A stretch of DNA of 50,856 nucleotides from Gammaproteobacteria bacterium RIFCSPLOWO2_02_FULL_57_10 (GTDB lineage Bacteria > Pseudomonadota > Gammaproteobacteria > Pseudomonadales > Pseudohongiellaceae), in NCBI GenBank assembly GCA_001802565.1, contig MGYS01000016.1, positions 86,719 to 137,574 of the forward strand. The letters are read 5' to 3'. Position 1 is the stretch's first letter; the number at the start of each line of letters is the position of its first letter. The notes under the pieces were generated by a model. The model did not search any database. It saw only the letters and a program-made list of their open reading frames with translations, and was not told the DNA's origin. The translations under genes and the position numbers were made by a program. Positions 27,252-34,793 of this stretch are shown here, piece by piece.

Positions 27252-28598
27252 TCAATCCCTCATCAGCGTGATCTGCGTATCCTCATCCAGCCTTGTCCAC
27301 GTGCCGGTAATCTGCCCGCCACTCAGAGCCCCCACAAAGCGCGCATCGATCGCGTTGATCTGAAAGCGCAGGCTCTGCCCCTCCAGTGCAACGCCGCTCA
27401 CAGGCACATTGATCATGCCGACACTGGCGATATCGAGGAACGTGTCAAAGCCGCCATCGGCGGTGGCCGCGAATCGGAACACCAGATCCGCACCCGTGAC
27501 ATTGCCGCGCCAGGTGCCCTGCAGATAGCGCTGTGCATCGGCGGTGAGATCGGGATTCGGGACATAGGGCCCGCGCGTCAATGCGATAGGAGACTGCTGA
27601 CCCGCCTGCTGCCACTGCGCGTCGATGCTGTCCTGCGCCAGCGTGCCGGTGAGCGAGCCACCAATGACGGCGGCGGAGAGGGTCAACTGATCGCCATCCA
27701 ACTGGATCTGCGTGATGGGAATATTGCTGGCACCCTGATCCTGGCTGTCGAAGAAAGCGGCGAAGCGGCCGCTTGCCGTGCGCTCGAAACGAAAGACCAG
27801 ATTGAGTGGGCCGATCTGGCCGTGCCACGGACCTTCAAGACGCGCGAACTGTTCCTCGGACAACGGCAGTCCCGCCGCCTCGTACTCTCCGCGTGTCAGA
27901 TTCAGCTCCAGTGATCTGCTGGCCTGCACCCAGTCGCCATTCAGCGCGTCACCATCCAGAGTGCCGATGAACTCCATGCGCGCGCGATTGACGGACAGGG
28001 TCAGTTCGTCATTGATCATGCCGACGCTGTCCACCGGAATGCCCATGGTGCCCTCGTCCGGGCTGTCCATGAACGCCGCGAATTCACCCTGAGCATCGCG
28101 CTCGAAGCGGAACACCACAGTGACTTGCAGATCGTCATCGGGATTGGGTCGCAGCGTGCCTACCCAGGAGCCGAGAATGCGCTCCATGTCGGCCGCTGTC
28201 AGAACAGGCTCGACGTAAGGGCGCAGAGTGAGAGGAACGGTGGAGCCGGGTTGTGTCCAGCTTCCCGTCACCACACCATCGGTGAGGCGACCGGCGAAGG
28301 AACCACTCAGCGCGGCAACACCAAGACTCAGGCCGCCACCTTCAAAGCTCACGTCTTCCACCGGCAGATTCTGCAGGGCGGGTTGCTCTGGAGAGCTGAC
28401 GGTAGCCGTCAGCTGACCATCGGCATCGCGCACGAAATTGAAATGCATCTCGATGCCCTGGCCGGGTGCGATCTCCAGCATGCCTTCCCAGATGCCGGTC
28501 AGGTCGTCCTGAGCGAGAACGGATTGAGTCGTCAACGCCATCATTGCCAGCAACAGCCTTGTGAAAAACCGGCCCATCATTCCTTGCACTATTCCCAT
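27252..28598 (-). CDS. Secreted protein built from four tandem ~100-aa repeats, unknown function
   Basis: Signal peptide (LLLAMMALTTQSVLAQD). Four units each begin G-x-W-x-G, contain F-R/N-F...G-x-F/L-x-A...P-V/I...F-x-G-x-L...G-x-W and end L-T/M-R. Confidence 0.6.
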   Translation of the reverse strand: MGIVQGMMGRFFTRLLLAMMALTTQSVLAQDDLTGIWEGMLEIAPGQGIEMHFNFVRDADGQLTATVSSPEQPALQNLPVEDVSFEGGGLSLGVAALSGSFAGRLTDGVVTGSWTQPGSTVPLTLRPYVEPVLTAADMERILGSWVGTLRPNPDDDLQVTVVFRFERDAQGEFAAFMDSPDEGTMGIPVDSVGMINDELTLSVNRARMEFIGTLDGDALNGDWVQASRSLELNLTRGEYEAAGLPLSEEQFARLEGPWHGQIGPLNLVFRFERTASGRFAAFFDSQDQGASNIPITQIQLDGDQLTLSAAVIGGSLTGTLAQDSIDAQWQQAGQQSPIALTRGPYVPNPDLTADAQRYLQGTWRGNVTGADLVFRFAATADGGFDTFLDIASVGMINVPVSGVALEGQSLRFQINAIDARFVGALSGGQITGTWTRLDEDTQITLMRD

Positions 28599-28609
28599 TT
28601 ACAGCCTCA

Positions 28610-28960
28610 CTGGATCACGACATCAATGGAGCGCGACAGTATCACAGAGCGTCCATTTTGTCTGAACCGTCTGGTACGGCTCGCCGGGATCAGATTCAGG
28701 CGTTCCGCACGTTTCAGATTTGGGAGGAGCATCGGGAATGCTATGGCTATCCGGAAACTGCGCCAGCAATGCGCCGCAAGGTGTTCGGGTTGAATGCTGC
28801 GGTGCCGTATGGCATCACCGAGGACGAAACACCAACGCATACGAGCAGTGATGCCGTGGCGCGAAGAAAGGAGAACGATCGCAATGATCCGCAGCCGCAC
28901 TATCTGGCGTTCTGGCCGAAGAATCGAAGAGAGTTTCTCCGTTTCTTGAAGTGGAGTTAA
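28610..28960 (+). pseudogene. 3' remnant of an amidohydrolase-family gene
   Basis: QIQAFRTFQIWEEHRECYGYPETAPAMRRKVFGLNAAVPYGI...PKNRREFL matches only the C-terminal ~110 aa of metal-dependent amidohydrolases. There is no N-terminal body, and the upstream space is occupied by the opposite-strand gene. Confidence 0.5.
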
Positions 28961-29047
28961 CGACTTGCGACACGTCGATCTCACGGTGAAAGTTCAAATT
29001 TATGAGTTAATCATGTCAGCGATATAGGAAGCTAGGTTGTAGAAAAA

Positions 29048-29596
29048 CTAACTCAAGGTGCATTTACGAGATAGCCATTTCCTGATGAGAATCAACCTGT
29101 AAATGGAAAAAAGTAAAGCGCATAGAAAATATGCGATTCCGGGAATCATTATTGTTGGAAAACCAATGTCGCTACCCCACGGCGCAGTAGTGAGCAATAT
29201 GAACAAGTTCAAGCTGAAAGCAAGGTAGTAGAGATAAACGATAACTGACTCAGAGACAGCGAGTTCGGACCTTGAAAGATCGACCGTTGTCGCTGAAGAC
29301 CTAAGCGCAAGCGTCACGAAAAGTATGCTGAAAATGGTTATTCCGATAATGGTAATAAGCACGTTGATATACAAGAATGAAGAGGCCCCCCTTGTAATTC
29401 TAGAGACAGCCCCGAACCAAAGTGAGAAGGGAAGTGCTGCAAAGCATACAACTGTAGAGAGCCTGTAAACTTTAACCAAGAACTCAATTTTTCCTTTCGA
29501 TAGCTCGTGTGCAGTAACATGCTTTGGATTCTCAGAGAAGTAACTACCGGATACCGCATTTAGATAGAAACTATCATCATACTTGTATATAGCCAT
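29048..29596 (-). CDS. AT-rich four-TM membrane protein, candidate immunity/self-protection protein
   Basis: Last gene of the peptide operon. Four hydrophobic helices, AAGGA RBS and markedly AT-rich codon usage. No family recognised. Confidence 0.5.
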   Translation of the reverse strand: MAIYKYDDSFYLNAVSGSYFSENPKHVTAHELSKGKIEFLVKVYRLSTVVCFAALPFSLWFGAVSRITRGASSFLYINVLITIIGITIFSILFVTLALRSSATTVDLSRSELAVSESVIVYLYYLAFSLNLFILLTTAPWGSDIGFPTIMIPGIAYFLCALLFSIYRLILIRKWLSRKCTLS

Positions 29597-29630
29597 GACA
29601 TATCCTTTTGAAAGGCATCGTAGAGTTTAC

Positions 29631-29681
29631 AAAGCACAATTGTTAAATCCATTTTATTCAGAAAAATAACAATTGTGCTTT
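29631..29681 (-). promoter_or_regulatory. Perfect 15-bp stem-loop between the precursor peptide gene and the downstream membrane-protein gene
   Basis: aaagcacaattgtta - 21-nt loop - taacaattgtgcttt. No T-tract follows on the coding (minus) strand. Confidence 0.4.
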
Positions 29682-29722
29682 CAGTACCGGGCCGGGCCGG
29701 TTTTTAAGCTACTTTAAGCTTT

Positions 29723-29977
29723 TTAAGAAGAAGTCTCTTCAGATGAGACTGATCCACCACCCATTGATGCAAGATTCATGATTACAGATCCACCTACTCC
29801 GAGAACTGCGGCACTAACAGCAAGCGATGCTGTTACTACTGCTCCTGCAGCGAGGAATGGAAGTGTGGCCGCTGTAGCTGCACCAATGAATGCGTACGTG
29901 GCTCCAGCGGCGTAGGTGTACGCATCAAACTCCCCACCAGAAACAATACCTATCTCTTCAACCGTAAGTAATCGCAT
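29723..29977 (-). CDS. Double-glycine-leader precursor peptide (class II microcin/bacteriocin-like), 84 aa
   Basis: The leader MRLLTVEEIGIVSGG fits the LSxxELxxIxGG consensus at positions -12, -8, -7, -4, -2 and -1. AAGGAG RBS lies 6 nt upstream. The gene sits immediately downstream of the C39-ABC exporter gene. The 69-aa core is Ala/Gly/Ser-rich and hydrophobic. Confidence 0.75.
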   Translation of the reverse strand: MRLLTVEEIGIVSGGEFDAYTYAAGATYAFIGAATAATLPFLAAGAVVTASLAVSAAVLGVGGSVIMNLASMGGGSVSSEETSS

Positions 29978-30037
29978 GACAAAACTCCTTGTAGAAAATT
30001 GATTTCCAGATAAAGCCATGACAGAAGGCTCAATTAA

Positions 30038-30065
30038 ATACTAGTACAGAAATACAATAATTCAA
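30038..30065 (-). promoter_or_regulatory. Candidate sigma-70 promoter for the precursor peptide gene
   Basis: On the minus strand, TTGAAT - 16 nt - TAGTAT lies in the AT-rich 106-nt spacer between the ABC gene and the peptide gene. Pattern match only. Confidence 0.25.
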
Positions 30066-30083
30066 TAAATTGGCATGAATCCG

Positions 30084-32201
30084 TTACGGCACATCACCGA
30101 TGTGTTCGCGAAGGATACAGTTATCAAGAATCAGCACTCGATTAGCAATCGCCAATGGAGCCGTTCGATGCGTGATGAAGATTACGGTAATGTTCAATGC
30201 ACGAATCTCCTCCAGAATCGCACCCTCCGTCTCAAGGTCAAGATTCGCGGTGGCTTCATCCAGGAACAGGATGCGCGCGTTCTTGTAGAACGCTCGTGCG
30301 AGCAGAATGCGTTGCCCTTGCCCCGATGACATGATCGATCCCATATCGCCGATCAGGCTGTTGTAGCCCATGGGCAATGACTGGATGAACTGATCTATCC
30401 GCGCCATATGCCCGGCTCTTTGCAATCTTGCGTGATCCACTTCGTCATCGAACAGCGTGATGTTGTCCATGATCGTGCCGGACAGCAGTTGATCAGTTTG
30501 CAGAATGCCCGCACAGGCATCACGATACTGACGCACACCAAATTGCTGCACGTCGGTGCCATCCACTTTCAGTGAGCCGGTGTCTGGCTGCAGCAGTCCT
30601 GCCATCAATTTCATCAAGGTCGATTTGCCGGAGCCAGACGGGCCAACAATGGCGATGATTTCACCCGCAGCAACGTTGAGGTTGAGACCACTCAGAACGG
30701 GACAGGCGCTGCCAGGGTAGGCATAGGACACATTTTCCAGTGTCAGTGCGCCCTGTATCGGCACGCGTAATCTGGGCAGGTGGAGACTGTCGAACTCTTT
30801 CTCGGTACAGGTAATGTCGGAGACACGTTCGAGCTGTAGCCGCACCAACCGGATCTGCACGATCTTCTCGATGAAGGAGCGGATAGATGAGGAGAAATTG
30901 CCTTTGAGTGCGACGAACGCGGTAAGAAAGCCCAGCGTGATTTGCCCTTCAAGCACCAGTGTTGCGGCGAGATAGATGATCAACACATTCTCCAGCGCGA
31001 ACAGCAGGCCGTAAACGGCATCGATGTTGATGGTGAAACGAGTCAGTACCACATTGGTATTGATCTGCTCGGCATAATAGTTGCGCCAGAGCATGACGCG
31101 GGGCAGCTCGCGACAGTAGAACTTGATGATCTCGATGGCGCGCATGTTCTCCATGAGATTGGAGCTGGTCTTGGCGTCGGACACGATCTTCTGTTCCTGT
31201 AATGCCTGGATCTTCGGAATCAATGCAATCTTGAGCGTAGTGGCCAGCGTCACGAACAACAGGACCACCGAGGCGAGTGTGACATTGAAGTAGAACATCA
31301 CGACCAACGTCATCAAGGCAAACAGCCCGTCGAGAACGACGGTGATCAGGTCTTCGGTGATGATGCGGCGAATCTCGCGAATGGAACCGAAGCGCGACAC
31401 CAGATCGCCGACATGACGTTTCTCGAAGAATTCCACCGGAAGGGTGATGAGATGATTGAAGACATTGCTCACCATCTGGAAGCCGAGCTGATTGGAGAAA
31501 TAAAGTTGAACCTGTGCCCGTGCGTAAGTCATTGCGACACTCGTCAGTCCGAGCATGAAGAAACCGATGGCCAGCACGGTGAGGAAGTCACGATCCTGTT
31601 TCGCCAGCCCTTCGTCGATGACAAGTTGCATGTAGAACGCGCCGCCGATCGAAGCCAGTTGCAGCAGCAGCGATAACAGGAACAACTGTGTGACAGCGGT
31701 GTAGAAGCCGCGATAGCGCTCGAACAACTCCATGAGCTTCGAGCGCAGCAACTGGGTCTGCGGTTTGAACGCTGCGCCCGGTGTGAACTCCACTGCGATG
31801 CCCGTGAAGTGGCGGCTCGTCTCTGCCATGCTGTACTGTCGCTCACCCGCCGCCGGATCATGAATCACGATGGACGTCGTCGTGACTTTCTTCAATACGA
31901 CAAAGTGAGTCATGTCCCAGTGCAGCACCGCAGGCAGTTGAAGGTTCTGCAGGTCCTCCATCTCCAGTTTCAACGGACGGGTATTCAGGTCCAGTGCGCT
32001 GGCGATGCTGAGAATCTCGGCGAGATTGGCCCCGCGAGAAGAGATCGGATATTCACGCCGCAGAGTGTTCAGATCGATACGGCGCCCGAAATGGCTTGCC
32101 ACCATGGCGACGCAGGCAAGGCCGCATTCGGCGCGTTCTGCCTGCAGAATGATCGGCAGGGAATGCCTGGAGCAAAACAGCGTGTCGACAAGAGCCCGCA
32201 T
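30084..32201 (-). CDS. Peptidase C39 domain-containing bacteriocin ABC exporter (CvaB/HlyB type)
   Basis: N-terminal C39 with Cys (QAERAECGLACVAM), His (HWDMTHFVVL) and IHDPA. Six-TM region. Walker A GPSGSGKST, signature SSGQGQR, Walker B ILFLDEATANLD. Confidence 0.9.
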   Translation of the reverse strand: MRALVDTLFCSRHSLPIILQAERAECGLACVAMVASHFGRRIDLNTLRREYPISSRGANLAEILSIASALDLNTRPLKLEMEDLQNLQLPAVLHWDMTHFVVLKKVTTTSIVIHDPAAGERQYSMAETSRHFTGIAVEFTPGAAFKPQTQLLRSKLMELFERYRGFYTAVTQLFLLSLLLQLASIGGAFYMQLVIDEGLAKQDRDFLTVLAIGFFMLGLTSVAMTYARAQVQLYFSNQLGFQMVSNVFNHLITLPVEFFEKRHVGDLVSRFGSIREIRRIITEDLITVVLDGLFALMTLVVMFYFNVTLASVVLLFVTLATTLKIALIPKIQALQEQKIVSDAKTSSNLMENMRAIEIIKFYCRELPRVMLWRNYYAEQINTNVVLTRFTINIDAVYGLLFALENVLIIYLAATLVLEGQITLGFLTAFVALKGNFSSSIRSFIEKIVQIRLVRLQLERVSDITCTEKEFDSLHLPRLRVPIQGALTLENVSYAYPGSACPVLSGLNLNVAAGEIIAIVGPSGSGKSTLMKLMAGLLQPDTGSLKVDGTDVQQFGVRQYRDACAGILQTDQLLSGTIMDNITLFDDEVDHARLQRAGHMARIDQFIQSLPMGYNSLIGDMGSIMSSGQGQRILLARAFYKNARILFLDEATANLDLETEGAILEEIRALNITVIFITHRTAPLAIANRVLILDNCILREHIGDVP

Positions 32202-33436
32202 TACAGTTTTCTGCCCAGGCTTGTCAGTGGTGAAAACAATCGTTCGAGGAGATTACTGCTACCCGTGATGATTTCGGCCGAGAACTGCATGCCTGATCTG
32301 AACTGGGCGTCGTTCGCATGATGTTGGTCGATCCGCGCGCGCACGAGATAGGCAGGTTCGTTCAAATCCAGAGGGATCAAGAATTCTCGCGGGTCCATGA
32401 CAGACGACGAGACATTGACGACCGTTGCCGCAAAAGTCCCGTGCGTCTGGTAGGGGAAGGCATCGTAGGAGAGCATGATCTCGTGTCCCACCTGCACTTT
32501 TCCCACAGCGCGTGAGGGCAGATACAGTCGCGCTTCCAGCACGGCATCGTGTGGCACCAGTGTTGTGAAAGGAATCCGGGGATCGACGGTATCTCCCGGG
32601 CGCAAGAGTAGATTGCTGAGTGTGCCGTCCGCTGGAGCGAGAAGAGTGAACAGCCCTTGTGAACCAAGCTCGTCCTGCTGCGCGAGCAATTGAGAGAGTG
32701 TGCTCTGCATCGAGAGCCATTCCTCCTGTACTGCGAAGGGCTGCAGGGCAAGCTGTTGTCTCGCCTCTTCCAGAGCGAGCTTGCGTCCCTCGATATTCAG
32801 ACGTGTCGTCGTGCTCGTCTGCTGAAGAGCGTACCAGGTTGATTCGACCTGGTTGTGCTCGCGATTGGAGATGGACTTGCGCGCCAGCAGAGTGGCGCTG
32901 CTCCTGTACTCCTGTTCTGCGAGAGCGAGTCGCTTCAGGACCACATCATGCTCTTCCTGCAACAACGCCAACTCTTCGCTCAATCCTGCGATACGAGCAC
33001 GTGATTGTTCTTTGGCGATCAGTGCGCGCTTCTCAAGAACAGCGATTCTCTCCTGCAGTTGCGCGATCTGTTTTCCGGTGTGCTCGAGGAGGACACTGGT
33101 GGACCGCCGCCCGGCCTCGTCCGAGCGCCCAGCAGCGATCGTTGCCAGGATATCGCCCTGACGTACACGTTGTCCTTCGATACCACGAATGTCCAACAGG
33201 ACGCCGGAACGTTCGCTGTAAACCTTGATCTCTCCTGCAGAGGGGATCAGATGTCCCCTCACCATCTCGGTTTCCTTTATCTGCACCAGAGCAGCGAAGG
33301 AGACGAATGAGAGGAAAATCAGTGTGATCCCGATCACCATCGCACGGACGGTCAGAGGTTGATAGAAAAGCGCATCACCGTATTGCGATGCTGTGCTTGC
33401 GAGCAAGGCTTCCCGACGGAACAGTTCTGAAGTCAT
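32201..33436 (-). CDS. HlyD/CvaA-family periplasmic adaptor (membrane fusion protein)
   Basis: FRREAL N-terminus, TM helix VIGITLIFLSFVSFAALV, long coiled coil and C-terminal beta domain. AGGAG RBS. TAATG overlap with the ABC start. The upstream extension in the track reads through a REP and was rejected. Confidence 0.85.
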   Translation of the reverse strand: MTSELFRREALLASTASQYGDALFYQPLTVRAMVIGITLIFLSFVSFAALVQIKETEMVRGHLIPSAGEIKVYSERSGVLLDIRGIEGQRVRQGDILATIAAGRSDEAGRRSTSVLLEHTGKQIAQLQERIAVLEKRALIAKEQSRARIAGLSEELALLQEEHDVVLKRLALAEQEYRSSATLLARKSISNREHNQVESTWYALQQTSTTTRLNIEGRKLALEEARQQLALQPFAVQEEWLSMQSTLSQLLAQQDELGSQGLFTLLAPADGTLSNLLLRPGDTVDPRIPFTTLVPHDAVLEARLYLPSRAVGKVQVGHEIMLSYDAFPYQTHGTFAATVVNVSSSVMDPREFLIPLDLNEPAYLVRARIDQHHANDAQFRSGMQFSAEIITGSSNLLERLFSPLTSLGRKL

Positions 33437-33449
33437 TTGCAGGCTCCTG

Positions 33450-34784
33450 TCACATTCGGTTATCGCGAACAGGGCTCGCTCCCACAGAAGGGCAGCGGTG
33501 CTCGAAGTAGTTTGGCAGTGAGCTGAGGTATTTCCACTGGGCAGGGCTTCGCGAGATCCATTTCTCCGCAAGGTTGACAAGCTGTTGGGTGATGCGTGAT
33601 GTGGCGTCGTCCAGAGACTCGCCAGTCAACAGTTCCGTGTCGATGACAGCTTCCATCTCGATGTGGCTCTGACCATCCCTTTCGAATGTGATGAAAGGGA
33701 GGATGGGCGCCTTTCCCATGATCGCCAGTTGCGCCGGGCCCTTGACGAAGCGAGCAGCGTGGCCAAAGAAGGTGACAGCTACTGTGCCGCCAAACTCCTC
33801 TTTAAGATCGAACATGATGGCTAGCGTGTGATCTCCCCTGCGCAGAGCGCTGACGATACTCACAGGGTTGTACTGGCCGTGCCTCAATACTCTGTGCCCG
33901 GGTCGATTACCAATGACGTAGTCTTTCTCCCTTGCGCTGTCCTGCTCGCGTCGAAGAGAAATGGCTGCACGTTTTGGACCTGCAAGCGCTGCAAGGCATT
34001 TGAATGCACCGAGAAAATCTCCCATGTGAATGGTCGCCAGAACGCGGGAGCCTGGTTGAGCTGCGATGTATGCGATGTAATCCTTTCTTTCCGGCCAGAC
34101 GAATGCATCGAGGTAGCGTTGGCCGTCGGCGAATCCGTGCAGATGAACATGACGTTTCGCAAAGTTGTATTCGCAGTGAAAGCGACATTCTCTCAACATT
34201 GCCTGAACCACATGTTCTGGCTCGTGCAACAGCATACCGAGAATTCGCGTGTGAACGTCGGTCGCGAGGCGTTCCGTTGGCAGTGACTCTTCCAGCGCGA
34301 ACCGCAGACGGAGAAGAGCGCGCAAGAGAATTTTTCTGAGCGCAATGGATTGTCCGGATACCACGCACCGCTTGGACAGGTTCTGCACTATCAGTAGAAT
34401 GCGCTCAGAGAGCGTAAAAGGAATCGAAATCCCATCCTTGGAATCGCCTTCGAAACTCTGAATGACTGCATCGTGAAGCTGCAACGCGTAGCGAAGCAGC
34501 GATTCGCATTCCTGATATACGTAATCCGTCTTCACGAGTTCGACCCGAAGGCTAAGCTCAGTCTGCAGCACCCGCACTCCGGGATCGAGCGCAGGCAATT
34601 TCTGCCGCAATGCGCGCGTCACCGAAATCATGCGCAGACTCAGCAGGTACTCCATCGCAGAGCAGCAATACTCCATACTTCGGCGACATTCGTCATACTG
34701 CAGGCAACGCCACGCGTTCAGCAGGGTTTGCCGAACGGAGGGCAGCCGGATTGTGGACAACTGTGCTGGCAGAGTGTCTTCCAT
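33450..34784 (-). CDS. LpxL/lysophospholipid acyltransferase (LPLAT, PF03279-like) family protein with ~200-aa N-terminal extension
   Basis: The C-terminal half has ATIHMGDF (HxG[ND][WF]-type catalytic region), LRRGDHTLAIMFD and FFGHAARFVKGPAQLAIMGKAPILPF. The N-terminal helical region has no TM anchor that I can see. The last ~12 codons are encoded by a REP unit. Confidence 0.6.
   Translation of the reverse strand: MEDTLPAQLSTIRLPSVRQTLLNAWRCLQYDECRRSMEYCCSAMEYLLSLRMISVTRALRQKLPALDPGVRVLQTELSLRVELVKTDYVYQECESLLRYALQLHDAVIQSFEGDSKDGISIPFTLSERILLIVQNLSKRCVVSGQSIALRKILLRALLRLRFALEESLPTERLATDVHTRILGMLLHEPEHVVQAMLRECRFHCEYNFAKRHVHLHGFADGQRYLDAFVWPERKDYIAYIAAQPGSRVLATIHMGDFLGAFKCLAALAGPKRAAISLRREQDSAREKDYVIGNRPGHRVLRHGQYNPVSIVSALRRGDHTLAIMFDLKEEFGGTVAVTFFGHAARFVKGPAQLAIMGKAPILPFITFERDGQSHIEMEAVIDTELLTGESLDDATSRITQQLVNLAEKWISRSPAQWKYLSSLPNYFEHRCPSVGASPVRDNRM
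33462..33486. repeat. Single REP unit inside the 3' end of the acyltransferase gene
   Basis: atcgcgaacagggctcgctcccaca. It is translated as ...PSVGASPVRD... in the acyltransferase frame. Confidence 0.75.
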
Positions 34785-34793
34785 GACGTTCTC

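Noticed and set aside
27225-27914. 229-aa plus-strand ORF (and 28125-28793)
   Set aside because: They are antisense to the four-repeat secreted protein gene. That gene's internal periodicity and signal peptide support the minus-strand reading.
28607-28984. 125-aa minus-strand ORF
   Set aside because: It has no motifs. The opposite strand carries a recognisable amidohydrolase C-terminal signature, so the plus-strand remnant is the better explanation. Neither is likely to be a functional gene.
29978-30019. 14-codon upstream extension of the precursor peptide ORF (MALSGNQFSTRSFV)
   Set aside because: The AAGGAG Shine-Dalgarno for the ATG at 29977 lies inside this extension. In addition, GG leaders are about 15-25 aa, and the short form gives a canonical 15-aa leader.
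33437-33580. 48-codon upstream extension of the HlyD gene, and similar extensions of uvrD (43130-43243), the YciA-like gene (22614-22706) and yaaA (21520-21651)
   Set aside because: All but the yaaA extension read through REP units (translations such as LLWERALFAI and CGSEPCSR) or lack family similarity. The yaaA extension has no REP and is rejected on lack of similarity alone. Internal ATGs with good RBSs match the family N-termini.
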